A stretch of DNA of 64,000 nt from the NCBI GenBank assembly GCA_964569655.1, contig CAZMTN010000002.1:70197-134196 (forward strand). The letters are read 5' to 3'. The position numbers were made by a program, and so were the translations under genes. The notes below the pieces were generated by a model, which worked only from the letters and a program-made list of their open reading frames with translations, did no database searches and was not told where the DNA came from. Positions 34,856-44,505 of the stretch are shown here, one piece after another. Origin of the DNA: an uncultured Candidatus Saccharibacteria bacterium (GTDB lineage: Bacteria; Patescibacteriota; Minisyncoccia; Phycocordibacterales; Phycocordibacteraceae). Numbering within the stretch: the stretch's first letter is position 1; each line of letters begins with the position of its first letter.

Positions 34856-34913
34856 GGTTCCCACGTCATACCACAGCCCATAACTTAATAGCGGCTCCTG
34901 TCGTATCGCTTCC
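34856..34913 (+). repeat. Island repeat copy 3 (GGTTCCCACGTCATACCACAGCCCATAAC) followed by a partial fourth copy (ACTTAATAGCGGCTCCTGTCGTATCGC)
   Basis: 25 of 28 positions are identical to copy 1. The trailing ACTTAATAGCGG also matches the sequence that precedes copy 1. Confidence 0.6.
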
Positions 34914-34970
34914 GTTTCATACACACGGAACCAGCCGCTACGAAGACACGTGGGGTAGAATGAGAGGGAA

Positions 34971-36398
34971 TTGCACATGGAAGACCAGGTACCAGCAACT
35001 AATCCGCCGCAGCCCACTCCGAATCCCGCGGATCCGCCTCCTGCGCCTCCGCCGCAGACATCCGGAGACGCGCCTCCGCAGCGCGTGTTCCGCACCTACG
35101 CCTCCGACATGGCCGCGCTCGGGCAGAAACCCGCGATGCCGACGCCGAAAACGCCAGTGCCTGCTCCAGCTCCCGTGAGCGGGCCCGCATACAATCCGAG
35201 CGAAGCGCCGCGCATCGTGCTGCCCCCGAAGCCCGCGCCGTCCTCCGGATTCCTGTCCGGCGTGTTCGGCAGGAAGGATGCAGACCTGAAGGTGACCGTC
35301 CTCCCTTCATCCGCTCCTTCCGCGTGGGCGTCCGCCCCTGCATACGCGCCACCTTCGCCGAAGCCCGAGGCCGAGGACCGCGATTCGATCCTCGCGCGGC
35401 TGAAGGCGCGCGCGCCAGAACCGCTCCCGCCCCTGCCGCCCGTGTTCCCGGCGCCGAAGGTCGAAGCAGCCCCGCCGCCGCCTCCGGCCGCCGCGCCGCA
35501 AGCGGACGAGCGCCTGCGCACCTATAGCGGAGACTTCTCGACGCGCGTGGATACGCAGCAGGCTTCCGCGTTCTCGGTGCTTGCGGCGCAGTCTGACGCG
35601 CAGCCGACCCCGGCGGCAACGCTGCCGCCGAAGAAGACGGACCACACCCTCATATTCATCATCGCCGGCACGGTCCTCATCGCCGGCGGCTCGCTCGCGC
35701 TTTATTACGCCTACTCCTTCCTCAAGAGCGAAGCGCCGGTAGAGATATTCACAACGGAACCACCGTCCCTCCTCTCAGGCGAAGAGACGTTCGCGCTCTC
35801 GGGATCGGGTCCCGCGCTCATCGATGCGCTCGCGGCAGAAGTCTCAGAGCCGCTCACCATCGGCAACGTGCGCGTCGCATTCCTCGAGGTCTCAAGCACG
35901 ACACCGACAGGCGTGGTCACGGAGAAGCAGCCGGGCGGAGCGCTCATCCGCGCGATGGAGCTCCATGCCCCGGACATCCTCCTGCGCAATATCACCGACA
36001 ACAGCACAGTGGGCATCATCCGAGCAGGGGAGGACACCCGAGTGTTCTTCGTGCTCGGGACGAACTCGTACGAGCGTACCTTCGCAGGCATGCTCTCCTG
36101 GGAAGCCACCATAGAGGAAGACCTCGCCGCTTTCTACCCGGCGCATCCGGAGCCGCTGCCGGTCATCGTCGCGACGACCACCGCAAGCAGCACCGCGTCT
36201 GCCACCACCACGCCCCCGGCGCCGGCGTTCGTCCCCGGCTTCGTAGATGCGGTCGTGGGAAGCCATGACGTCCGCCTCCTCCAGGACGCGCACGGCAGGA
36301 CAGTCCTCATCTACGGCTATCGGGACCAGCGCACCCTCATCATCGCCCGGGACGAGACCGCGTTCTCGGTGCTGCTCGCCCGCGTCGGGGCACAGTAG
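34971..36398 (+). CDS. Hypothetical single-pass membrane protein with a long proline-rich N-terminal region and an extracytoplasmic C-terminal domain
   Basis: PAPPPQ... stretches; transmembrane helix LIFIIAGTVLIAGGSLALYYAYSF. Confidence 0.55.
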   Translation: MHMEDQVPATNPPQPTPNPADPPPAPPPQTSGDAPPQRVFRTYASDMAALGQKPAMPTPKTPVPAPAPVSGPAYNPSEAPRIVLPPKPAPSSGFLSGVFGRKDADLKVTVLPSSAPSAWASAPAYAPPSPKPEAEDRDSILARLKARAPEPLPPLPPVFPAPKVEAAPPPPPAAAPQADERLRTYSGDFSTRVDTQQASAFSVLAAQSDAQPTPAATLPPKKTDHTLIFIIAGTVLIAGGSLALYYAYSFLKSEAPVEIFTTEPPSLLSGEETFALSGSGPALIDALAAEVSEPLTIGNVRVAFLEVSSTTPTGVVTEKQPGGALIRAMELHAPDILLRNITDNSTVGIIRAGEDTRVFFVLGTNSYERTFAGMLSWEATIEEDLAAFYPAHPEPLPVIVATTTASSTASATTTPPAPAFVPGFVDAVVGSHDVRLLQDAHGRTVLIYGYRDQRTLIIARDETAFSVLLARVGAQ

Positions 36399-36430
36399 CG
36401 CGCAGGCAGGCAGGTGCTACGATAAGGCCC

Positions 36431-36781
36431 ATGAATACTGACGAACAAAAGGCACGGCTTACCGAGGAGAAGGCCCGGCTCGAGGGCGAGCTTTCGAGCA
36501 TCGGGCGCAGGAACCCATCGAACCCGAACGATTGGGAAGCGGTCCCGCAGGAGACCGGGCACGAGACTGACCCGAACGACGTCGCGGACAAGATCGAGGG
36601 GTACGAGGAGAACACCGCCATCCTCAAGGACCTGGAGATCCGCTACAACGACGTGAAGGCGGCGCTCGAGCGCATCGAGGCCGGCACGTACGGCACCTGT
36701 GCCGTGAGCGGGGAAGCGATCGAGGAGGACCGCCTCGCCGCGGACCCGGCAGCGAAGACTTGCAAGACTCACATGAACTAA
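36431..36781 (+). CDS. DksA/TraR-family protein (coiled coil plus a C-terminal zinc-finger-like region, only 2 Cys)
   Basis: N-terminal coiled coil, an acidic tip (DPND) and a C-terminal EAGTYGTC...KTCKTH. Confidence 0.6.
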   Translation: MNTDEQKARLTEEKARLEGELSSIGRRNPSNPNDWEAVPQETGHETDPNDVADKIEGYEENTAILKDLEIRYNDVKAALERIEAGTYGTCAVSGEAIEEDRLAADPAAKTCKTHMN

Positions 36782-36783
36782 GT

Positions 36784-37473
36784 ATGGAAACCCTTTCGAT
36801 AAAAGAGACGCTCAGGTTCGGCTGGAAGACCTTCAAGTCCCGTCCGTGGTTCTTCGCCGGTACCACGCTCGCCATCATCGTTGCGTACGAGGTGGTGCGG
36901 GCCGTCATCAACCTGGTGGGAGGCGCTGTCACCGAGTCCAATCCGGTCATCGGCTTCATCGTCATCGTCGCGGCCTCGGTAGCCTTCTACTCCCTCTACA
37001 GCATGTGCGTCATGTGGTTCAACCTCGTCGCCCATGACCACCCGCAGACGGTGAGCTTCAAGGACCTCTGGCACCCGCAGCCGTTCGTGAGCTACCTCGT
37101 CGTCTACCTTCTCGTCACCGCAGCGGTGCTCGGCGGGCTCATCCTGCTCATCATCCCGGGCATCATAGCCTCGATCATGTTCCTCTTCTCGCAGTACATC
37201 ATCCTCGAGAAGGACCTGAAGCCGGTGGACGCCATGAAGGAGAGCATGCGCATCACCAAGGGCCGCCGCTGGAAGCTCCTCGGCCTCCTCGTTGTGTACA
37301 CGCTCCTCAATATCGCAGGCGCCATTGCGCTTCTGGTCGGCCTCCTCGTCACCATCCCGGTCACCATGCTCGGCCTCGCGCATGCGTACCGTACGCTGAG
37401 CGACACCGCAGAGAAGGCAGAGCCGACCCCGGCTCCCGCGCTCCCGCCGGTATCGAGCACGGTGCTCTCATAA
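36784..37473 (+). CDS. Hypothetical polytopic membrane protein (DUF975/YciC-like architecture)
   Basis: Four or more transmembrane helices; start at METLSIK, right after the upstream stop. Confidence 0.5.
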   Translation: METLSIKETLRFGWKTFKSRPWFFAGTTLAIIVAYEVVRAVINLVGGAVTESNPVIGFIVIVAASVAFYSLYSMCVMWFNLVAHDHPQTVSFKDLWHPQPFVSYLVVYLLVTAAVLGGLILLIIPGIIASIMFLFSQYIILEKDLKPVDAMKESMRITKGRRWKLLGLLVVYTLLNIAGAIALLVGLLVTIPVTMLGLAHAYRTLSDTAEKAEPTPAPALPPVSSTVLS

Positions 37474-37515
37474 GGCAGGACAAAAGGAAAAGCAGCGGAA
37501 GAACATTCCGCTGCT
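37474..37515. terminator. Bidirectional intrinsic terminator
   Basis: AAAGCAGCGGAA-GAACA-TTCCGCTGCTTTTTT. Confidence 0.6.
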
Positions 37516-37538
37516 TTTTTCGTATTCAAGAATTGGTA

Positions 37539-37832
37539 TCAGGCAGTCTTCAGCGTCTTGGCGTCGGTCACGTTGGTGCCGACGAGCTTCATCAGGATCT
37601 CCTGAAGCCGCGCCAGATGGCCTTCGATGACTTCGGCGAGCCTAGTTGCCAAAGCCTTCAGGGCACGACGCTTCTGGACAATGGCTTCCAGAATGCTTTT
37701 GCGTTCGCCCGGGGCGATACGACCGGCGCCCATCAGGAACTGGTGCGCCAGCTGCCGCTCCTTCTTGTCCTTGCCCGTGAACTGCGAGATTTGCGTGGCG
37801 ATGTCAGCACTCTTCTGACCCTTCGACGACAT
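37539..37832 (-). CDS. Hypothetical small protein (97 aa)
   Basis: AGGGAGG lies 8 nt upstream of the ATG (MSSKGQKS). Confidence 0.45.
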   Translation of the reverse strand: MSSKGQKSADIATQISQFTGKDKKERQLAHQFLMGAGRIAPGERKSILEAIVQKRRALKALATRLAEVIEGHLARLQEILMKLVGTNVTDAKTLKTA

Positions 37833-37887
37833 GCGTATTTCCTCCCTTGAATCGAATGTGAAAAATAACAAAGCGCTGTGTTCTACA

Positions 37888-37915
37888 GCGCTCTCGAAGA
37901 TAGCACGCCCCAGGG
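37888..37915 (-). terminator. Intrinsic terminator downstream of the LysM-M23 gene
   Basis: Perfect 8-bp palindrome AGCGCTGT-GTTCTA-ACAGCGCT followed by TTGTTATTTTT on the minus strand. Confidence 0.55.
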
Positions 37916-37925
37916 AAGGGTCAAT

Positions 37926-39017
37926 CTAGTGAGGTGCGCAAGCCTTGCCGACCGCGCAAGCTGCGAACGGGTTCTTCGCGCCACGTACCTCGAAGTGGAG
38001 GTGGAAGCCCGTCGCCTCGCCGGTCTTGCCGACGTAGCCGATGAGTTCGCCCTTGCTGACGGAAGCGCCCATGGAGGCGGTGACGCCGCTCATGTGGGAG
38101 TAGAGGGTCTGGGTGCCGTTGTCGTGGGTGATGACCACGTAGTTGCCGTAGCCGCCGTTCCAGCCGCCCGTACGGGATACGATCACCTTGCCGCTTGCTG
38201 ACGCGTAGATCGGCGTGCCGGACTTCGCGCCGATGTCGATGCCGTTCCAGCCATGGACGCCCTGGGTGATGAGGCCGCCTGGGACCGGATTCGCGAAGTA
38301 GCCGTCGAGCTCGATACCCGAGCCGCCTTTGTACGGGTTCTTCTTCACGCTCGCGAGGCCGCCACCCTGCTTCGAAGAGGAGCTCGGCGCTGCCTTCACT
38401 TCGCCGCCCGGGATGATGAGCGTGGAACCGGCCGCAAGCGTCGCAGTCACGTCGGCGCCGTTGAAGGAGGCGATCTCTTCCGCATCCGCGCCGTACTTCT
38501 TCGCGAGGCTCGCGAAGGTCTCGCCCTTCTGGACCTTATGCTGGATGCCCGAGACCGGGAGGATGAGGAGCGTGTCTCCGGGATGGATGTCCTTCGAGGA
38601 CTTGAGATCGTTCGCCCAGAGGATGGTGTTCGAGGAGACCCCGAACATGCTGGCGATATCGGAAAGGGTATCGCCTGAGCGGACGGTATAGAGGGAGATC
38701 TTGCCGCTTCCGGACGGATGCTCGTCCGGCGGCGTGCCCTCGGGACCGGCTTCCGAGATAAGGGCCGAGCCCTCGCTCATGGCGATGCCGCGGCTTCCCT
38801 TATGCGGGTTCGGGTCGATATTGGTGGCTGCCTGAGCGAGGCGGAGGTTCGCATCCGGGATGACGACCGTGCCCTGAGCGGCTGCGGGGGTGGTCAAGCA
38901 TGAAAACACGCAGAAGGCGCGGAGTTCCTGAGGTATGGCGAAAACGGCAGTGCCGAGGACAAGCGCGGTCGCGAATGAGGCACCCCAAACCAAGTATGCA
39001 TTCCGATGATGGCTCAC
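37926..39017 (-). CDS. LysM-domain M23 peptidoglycan endopeptidase
   Basis: Two LysM repeats (YTVRSGDTLSDIA..., HKVQKGETFASLAKKYG) and an M23 HxH motif (GFHLHFEVR). N-terminal transmembrane/signal segment. Confidence 0.8.
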   Translation of the reverse strand: MSHHRNAYLVWGASFATALVLGTAVFAIPQELRAFCVFSCLTTPAAAQGTVVIPDANLRLAQAATNIDPNPHKGSRGIAMSEGSALISEAGPEGTPPDEHPSGSGKISLYTVRSGDTLSDIASMFGVSSNTILWANDLKSSKDIHPGDTLLILPVSGIQHKVQKGETFASLAKKYGADAEEIASFNGADVTATLAAGSTLIIPGGEVKAAPSSSSKQGGGLASVKKNPYKGGSGIELDGYFANPVPGGLITQGVHGWNGIDIGAKSGTPIYASASGKVIVSRTGGWNGGYGNYVVITHDNGTQTLYSHMSGVTASMGASVSKGELIGYVGKTGEATGFHLHFEVRGAKNPFAACAVGKACAPH

Positions 39018-39211
39018 AGTGGCGCTATCGGAAGGATGTATGTCGGATTCGATGGAAAAGGTAGGTACTTCAGTCGTTCTTCATAGTACAAAATGGCTCT
39101 ACTAAGCCATTCTTTCGTGCTTCCGTATCAGTCGATTCATCCAGTATACATGCCCCGGAAGGGGGGTCAATTAGGGGTCTAGGGGCGTGGGGAGAACATG
39201 AAATCGGCTTC

Positions 39212-41179
39212 ATGAACCCTGATTTCGGGTATTTCGCGGCCGCGCGGTATAGTTCATCTACGATGCAGTACCTCGATGGACTCAATGACCGCCAGAAGGA
39301 GGCGGTCCTCACCACCCGCGGCCCGGTTTCGGTACTCGCGGGGGCCGGATCCGGCAAGACCCGGGTGCTCACCACCCGCATCTACCACCTCATCCGGGAA
39401 GGGGTGCCGGGGAACAAGATCCTGGCCGTTACGTTCACCAACAAGGCAGCCCGCGAGATGCGGGAGCGCGTGAATGGCCTCCTCGGCGAGGGATTCGGGA
39501 GCGGTCCGTTCGTCGCGACCTTCCACGGACTGGGGAGAGAGATCCTCCAGGAGTACGGCCGCGCCATCGGCATCCCGCGCTTCTTCAGCATCTACGACCG
39601 TGACGATTCCGAGCGCGCCGTGAAGGAAGCACTGAAGAAGCTCGGCATCGATCCGAAGGAAGTGCCGCCGCGCGCCATCCTCTCGCGCATCTCGAAGGCG
39701 AAAGGGGACGGGGTCACGCTCGACGAGTTCCTCTCGAAGTTCTCGAGCGAGAGCTTCCGGTCCCGCGTCGCGGGCGACGTGTGGAAGATGTACGACGAGA
39801 CGCTCAAGAAGGAGAAGGCGGTCGACTTCGACGACCTCATGGTGCTGCCGGTGCGCCTGCTCCGCGACCACGCGGACGTGCGCGAGCTCGTGCAGGCACG
39901 CTGGGAATACATGCATGTGGACGAGTATCAGGACACCAACGTGCTCCAGAGCGAGCTCGCGTCCTTGCTGTGCGCCAAGCACCAGAACCTGCTCGTCGTC
40001 GGCGATATCGACCAGACCATCTACACCTGGCGCGGCGCGGTCATCGACAACCTCCTCTCGTTCGAGACCGCGTACCCGTCCGCGAAGACCATCGTGCTCG
40101 AGCACAACTACCGCTCGACGCAGACCATCGTCGCCGCGGCGAACCAGATCATCGAGAAGAACCGCAAGCGCAAGGAGAAGCGCTCCGTGACCGACAACGC
40201 GGACGGCGAGCCGATTACCATCCACGTGGAAGACAACGCGGAGCGCGAAGCCGCGTGGATCGCGCGCAGGATACGGCAGCTCATCCGCGAAGGGCATCCG
40301 GCAGAAGAGATCGCGGTGCTGTTCCGCACCAACTTCCAGTCCCGCGGGCTCGAGGAGGCATTGCTCCATGCCGGCGTCCCGTACAAACTGCTCGGCACCC
40401 GCTTCTTCGATCGCAAGGAGGTGAAGGACGTGCTCGCCTGGATCCGCCTCGTGCTCGAGCCATCCCGCGAATCAGACCGCATGCGCGCGGTGCAGACGCC
40501 GCCGCGCGGCATCGGGAAGGTGCTGCTCGGGAAGATGCTCGCGGGGAAGTACGAAGACATGAAGCCCGCGGAGCGCGCGAAGGCGGACGCGTTCGAGGAG
40601 ATCATCCAGAACCTCGCGCAGTCCATCGAGAGCTACGTGCCCTCCACGTTCGTGCGCGCCGTCATCGAGAAGAGCGGCCTTGCCGACCTGTTCCGGAAGG
40701 GCGGGGAAGACGACCAGGAGCGCCTCGAGAACATCAAGGAGCTGGCCACGCTCGCGTCCCGCTACGACCACTTGAGCGGACGCGAGGGCGTCTCCGCCTT
40801 CCTCGCGGACGCGGCGCTCGCGAGCGACCAGGACGAGCTCGACCGCAAGGACGAGAAGCGGGGCGTCACCCTCATGACCGTGCACGCGGCCAAGGGGCTC
40901 GAGTTCGATGCCGTGTTCATCACGGGCCTCGAGGAAGGGCTCTTCCCGCACGAAGGCATGAACGACGAGGACCGGGACGAGGAAGAGGAGCGCCGCCTCT
41001 TCTACGTCGCCGTGACGCGCGCGCGGAAGCGCCTGTTCCTCACGCTCGCGCGCGTGCGCCGCATCTACGGCACGGACTACATGTCCGAGGCGTCCTCGTT
41101 CCTGCGCGACATCGACCCGGCGCTCACCCAGATCTCCGAGAACGACGACGGGCTGCCGGTAATCGACCTCCTCTCATGA
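39212..41179 (+). CDS. pcrA: ATP-dependent DNA helicase PcrA/UvrD (superfamily 1)
   Basis: Motif I AGAGSGKTRVL, and motifs Ia, II (DEYQDTN) and VI (TVHAAKGLEFD). Confidence 0.9.
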   Translation: MNPDFGYFAAARYSSSTMQYLDGLNDRQKEAVLTTRGPVSVLAGAGSGKTRVLTTRIYHLIREGVPGNKILAVTFTNKAAREMRERVNGLLGEGFGSGPFVATFHGLGREILQEYGRAIGIPRFFSIYDRDDSERAVKEALKKLGIDPKEVPPRAILSRISKAKGDGVTLDEFLSKFSSESFRSRVAGDVWKMYDETLKKEKAVDFDDLMVLPVRLLRDHADVRELVQARWEYMHVDEYQDTNVLQSELASLLCAKHQNLLVVGDIDQTIYTWRGAVIDNLLSFETAYPSAKTIVLEHNYRSTQTIVAAANQIIEKNRKRKEKRSVTDNADGEPITIHVEDNAEREAAWIARRIRQLIREGHPAEEIAVLFRTNFQSRGLEEALLHAGVPYKLLGTRFFDRKEVKDVLAWIRLVLEPSRESDRMRAVQTPPRGIGKVLLGKMLAGKYEDMKPAERAKADAFEEIIQNLAQSIESYVPSTFVRAVIEKSGLADLFRKGGEDDQERLENIKELATLASRYDHLSGREGVSAFLADAALASDQDELDRKDEKRGVTLMTVHAAKGLEFDAVFITGLEEGLFPHEGMNDEDRDEEEERRLFYVAVTRARKRLFLTLARVRRIYGTDYMSEASSFLRDIDPALTQISENDDGLPVIDLLS

Positions 41180-41949
41180 GAGCCAAGAAATCGCTCGGGC
41201 AGAATTTCCTCATGCACGCGAAGACCGCGGAGCGCATCGCGGATGGTGCGCTAGTGACGAAAGAGGATGTGGTGCTCGAGATCGGTCCGGGCACCGGCAT
41301 GCTCACGAAGCCCCTCCTTACCCGCGCGAAGAAAGTAATCGCCGTGGAAGCGGATAGGGAACTAGCGGAGCAGCTTAAGGAAACATTCGCGAGCGAGATC
41401 TCTGAGGGCTCGTTCGAGCTCATCGAGTCAGATATCCGCGCATTCGACCCGGCCTCCATCGGGGTCCCGTACAAGCTCGTCGCGAACATCCCGTACTACA
41501 TCACGGGCGAGATCATCCGCACCTTCCTCACCACTGCTCGCAAGCCGTCCTCTATGACGCTCCTCGTGCAGAAGGAAGTCGCGGAGCGCATCTCCCGAGC
41601 GGAGAAGGGAAGCCTGCTCTCCATCGCGGTTAAGACGTACGGCACGCCGAAGTACCTCTTCACCGTGCCCCGCGGCGCCTTCGTGCCGGCCCCGAACGTC
41701 GATTCCGCGGTCATTTCCATAACCGATATCCATGCGCCATTCGAGACAAGTACTGAAGAAGAGCGATTTTTCGAGCTGCTGCGCGCCGGATTCGCGCACA
41801 AGCGCAAGTTCCTCGCGAATAACCTGTCTGAAACGGCCGAGAAAGGCGCGATCGAGGCCGCATTCGCCGCCGAGAACGTGTCGCCGAAGGCTCGAGCGGA
41901 AGATCTCGACCTCGAAACCTGGAAAAAGCTCGCAAAACGGCTCGGATAG
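41176..41949 (+). CDS. rsmA: 16S rRNA (adenine1518/1519-N6)-dimethyltransferase RsmA/KsgA
   Basis: SLGQNFL signature and SAM motif LEIGPGTG. The ATGA overlap with the pcrA stop suggests translational coupling. Confidence 0.85.
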   Translation: MRAKKSLGQNFLMHAKTAERIADGALVTKEDVVLEIGPGTGMLTKPLLTRAKKVIAVEADRELAEQLKETFASEISEGSFELIESDIRAFDPASIGVPYKLVANIPYYITGEIIRTFLTTARKPSSMTLLVQKEVAERISRAEKGSLLSIAVKTYGTPKYLFTVPRGAFVPAPNVDSAVISITDIHAPFETSTEEERFFELLRAGFAHKRKFLANNLSETAEKGAIEAAFAAENVSPKARAEDLDLETWKKLAKRLG

Positions 41950-42028
41950 GCTTCATGTAATGCACACACGGGGCGTACGAGCCTCCGTTTGGTGATACTA
42001 TTCATAGGTATCCTTCACATTCTCTACC

Positions 42029-43027
42029 GTGGCCTTACTCGATTCACGTAATCTCGTCATCTCAGGCTCGATCGTCATCGCGATGATCCTGGTTTTGGGC
42101 GCCTACATCGCTTCGGGACGCCATGTGCCGGTGCTCACCGTGAGCGCGGAATCCACCGAAGAAATCCTTAAGGAATACGCAGCGAAGGACTCCGACAAGG
42201 ACGGCCTCCCGGACTGGCAGGAAGCGCTCTACGGCACCGATCCCGAGAATCCGAATTCGGTCCGTGCGGATATCACAGACAGCCAGGCGGTTGCCCAAGG
42301 TCTCGCCACCCCTCGCTACGCGGGGCAGAGCATCCCGATCACCGCAGGAGGGGAGCCGATTTCGGTACCAGGCATCGTGGCGGCTCCTGATTCGCTCACC
42401 GAGCAGTTCTCGCGTCTTTTCTTCGAGAACTACCTCAGCACCCGCGGCAGCGAGGTGCCGTCCGCACAGGCGAGCCAGCAGTTCGTCACGAGCGCCGTGA
42501 GCGAGCTCGTCGCATCGCGCTCGCAGGTGAACGCGTACTCCGCGGAGGACATCAAGGTCAGCGGTTCGGGCGCAGGCGCGCTCCGCGCGTACGCGGCCGT
42601 TGCCGAGTCCACTATCCTGAGCCGCAATCCGGGACACGATGCCGGTACCGTAGCGTACTTCCAGGACGCGGTGCAGAAGGACGACAAAGAGGCACTCAAG
42701 AAAGTAGGGGAGATTGGCAGGGCAGTGGAGAGCGCGGCCAAAGCACTTACCCTGATCAACGTGCCGAGCGAAGCTGCTGCCGCTCACCTCACGTTCGTGA
42801 ACGCGATGGCCGGGCTCGCGAAGAGCACGCTCGACCTCGCCGCGTTCGACACCGATCCGCTGCGCGCCATGGTCGGCCTCGGGCTTTACGAGCAGAGCGT
42901 CCAGGAATACGGCGCGGCATACAAGGCCGTGTACCAGGTATTCGCGAGCGCGGGCGTGACGCTCAGTGCCGGGGAGCCGGGCTATGAGTTTTATACGTTC
43001 GCCCAATCAGCCGCTAACCTCTATTAG
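42029..43027 (+). CDS. Hypothetical membrane-anchored protein (N-terminal transmembrane segment), first gene of the T4SS-like cluster
   Basis: Transmembrane helix IVIAMILVLGAYIA. No motif. Confidence 0.5.
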   Translation: MALLDSRNLVISGSIVIAMILVLGAYIASGRHVPVLTVSAESTEEILKEYAAKDSDKDGLPDWQEALYGTDPENPNSVRADITDSQAVAQGLATPRYAGQSIPITAGGEPISVPGIVAAPDSLTEQFSRLFFENYLSTRGSEVPSAQASQQFVTSAVSELVASRSQVNAYSAEDIKVSGSGAGALRAYAAVAESTILSRNPGHDAGTVAYFQDAVQKDDKEALKKVGEIGRAVESAAKALTLINVPSEAAAAHLTFVNAMAGLAKSTLDLAAFDTDPLRAMVGLGLYEQSVQEYGAAYKAVYQVFASAGVTLSAGEPGYEFYTFAQSAANLY

Positions 43028-43029
43028 CC

Positions 43030-44499
43030 ATGAACCGCACCATCTCATTCGCGTTCGGCCTCCTGCTCATCCTCCCGATAGCGGTAACTTCCGTTCCGCG
43101 CCCGGCGCACGCCTTCATGGACGGCGGCGGATCCCTCATGCTCGTCGCGAAGGAGTACGGCCTCGACTCGGTCGCGTGGATCGTCGCGAAGCAGGCGGTG
43201 AGCGCCATGACGAGGAGCACGGTCAACTGGATCAATTCCGGATTCAACGGCTCTCCGGCGTTCATCACCAACCTCGACGAATTCCTTATGCACGTCGGCG
43301 ACGTAGCAGCGATGGCGTACATCGACGAGCTCCAGAACAATCCGTCTCTCAAATCACCCTTCCAGAACAAGATCGCTCAGACGGCGTACACGGGCTATCT
43401 CCTCGCGACGTCCGAGGACGCCTATGTGCGTCTCAATGGCTACGACCTCAACCAGGTAACCTACTACGACGAGGAATTCCTCAGAGGGAATTTCGGTCGC
43501 GGCGGATGGGACGCATGGTTCGCAGCCGCGATGCGTCCGCAGAATAATCCGTATGGCGCGCAGATGCTCGCCATGAACGGCCTCGAGGTGGCGGTGAGCG
43601 GATCGAGGAACAACCGTTTGATCGAGCTTAACTGGGGCGGGGGATTCATGTCGTGGTGCGATAACGTAGGCGCGGGCGAGACGTACGAGGACGCGGAAGG
43701 CGGAGCCATGATCGACAACAACGGCAATTTCGTCGGCACGCCGGGCTCTCCGGAGCTCGATGCGGAGGCGCAGGTGGCGGCAGGAAATTTCGTAAACACC
43801 AGCCAGCCGAATCCGGCGGAGACCTGCACGGACCAGCACGGCAACAAGGGGCAGATCAAGACGCCGGGTTCGGTGATCCGCGACCAGATCAACCATACCC
43901 TCGGCCTTTCGGGAGACCAGCTCGTCTCCGCGGACGAGCTCAATGAGATCGTCTCGGCGCTCATGTCGCAGCTCACGCAGCAGGTGATGGGCGCAGGCGG
44001 CCTCTCGGGAGTGTCGCGTTCCTCGAGCGGCGGACGATCGTATCTCGACAGGGCGGCGTCTGATCCTGCTGGAGCGCAGGCAGCAGCGGGCACCCTGGAT
44101 ACCGCCATCATCTCGTACCGGACGCAGCTCCAGGGATATGAGAGGGATTGGGAGACGCTCAATACGCAGATCGAGGCCGCATCATGCTCTAACGATCCGG
44201 TTGTGACCGGCGCGAGAGCGGATTACGCCCGCGCCCAGGCACAGATCTCGACTGCCTTCACCAGGCTCGACGAGGTTCAGAACCTCATGAGCTCCGTGAA
44301 TTCAGGGGCAGGGGGCGGGGGCGAAGCGATCGGCGTGATTGAGAGCGCAAGCAGCAAATTCCAGAGCATCATCTCGTCCCCGCCGACCGCAGCGGAGATG
44401 GCGAGGATCAACGCAGAGGCCGTTGATAATTCCAGCAGCGAGAACGGCCAGGAAACGCTCTACGTGAAGCTCGAGGAAGAGGCGCGAAGATGCAGGTAA
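43030..44499 (+). CDS. Hypothetical secreted protein (signal peptide, 489 aa)
   Basis: Signal peptide with an AHA cleavage site. Translationally tight with its neighbours. Confidence 0.5.
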   Translation: MNRTISFAFGLLLILPIAVTSVPRPAHAFMDGGGSLMLVAKEYGLDSVAWIVAKQAVSAMTRSTVNWINSGFNGSPAFITNLDEFLMHVGDVAAMAYIDELQNNPSLKSPFQNKIAQTAYTGYLLATSEDAYVRLNGYDLNQVTYYDEEFLRGNFGRGGWDAWFAAAMRPQNNPYGAQMLAMNGLEVAVSGSRNNRLIELNWGGGFMSWCDNVGAGETYEDAEGGAMIDNNGNFVGTPGSPELDAEAQVAAGNFVNTSQPNPAETCTDQHGNKGQIKTPGSVIRDQINHTLGLSGDQLVSADELNEIVSALMSQLTQQVMGAGGLSGVSRSSSGGRSYLDRAASDPAGAQAAAGTLDTAIISYRTQLQGYERDWETLNTQIEAASCSNDPVVTGARADYARAQAQISTAFTRLDEVQNLMSSVNSGAGGGGEAIGVIESASSKFQSIISSPPTAAEMARINAEAVDNSSSENGQETLYVKLEEEARRCR

Positions 44500-44505
44500 T
44501 ACGCT

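Noticed and set aside
41176-41179. Possibility of an alternative genetic code (UGA as sense, code 25) given the CPR-like gene content
   Set aside because: TGA functions as a stop. Examples are the ATGA overlap of pcrA and rsmA, and several genes ending in TGA at conserved protein C-termini. The standard code 11 is assumed.
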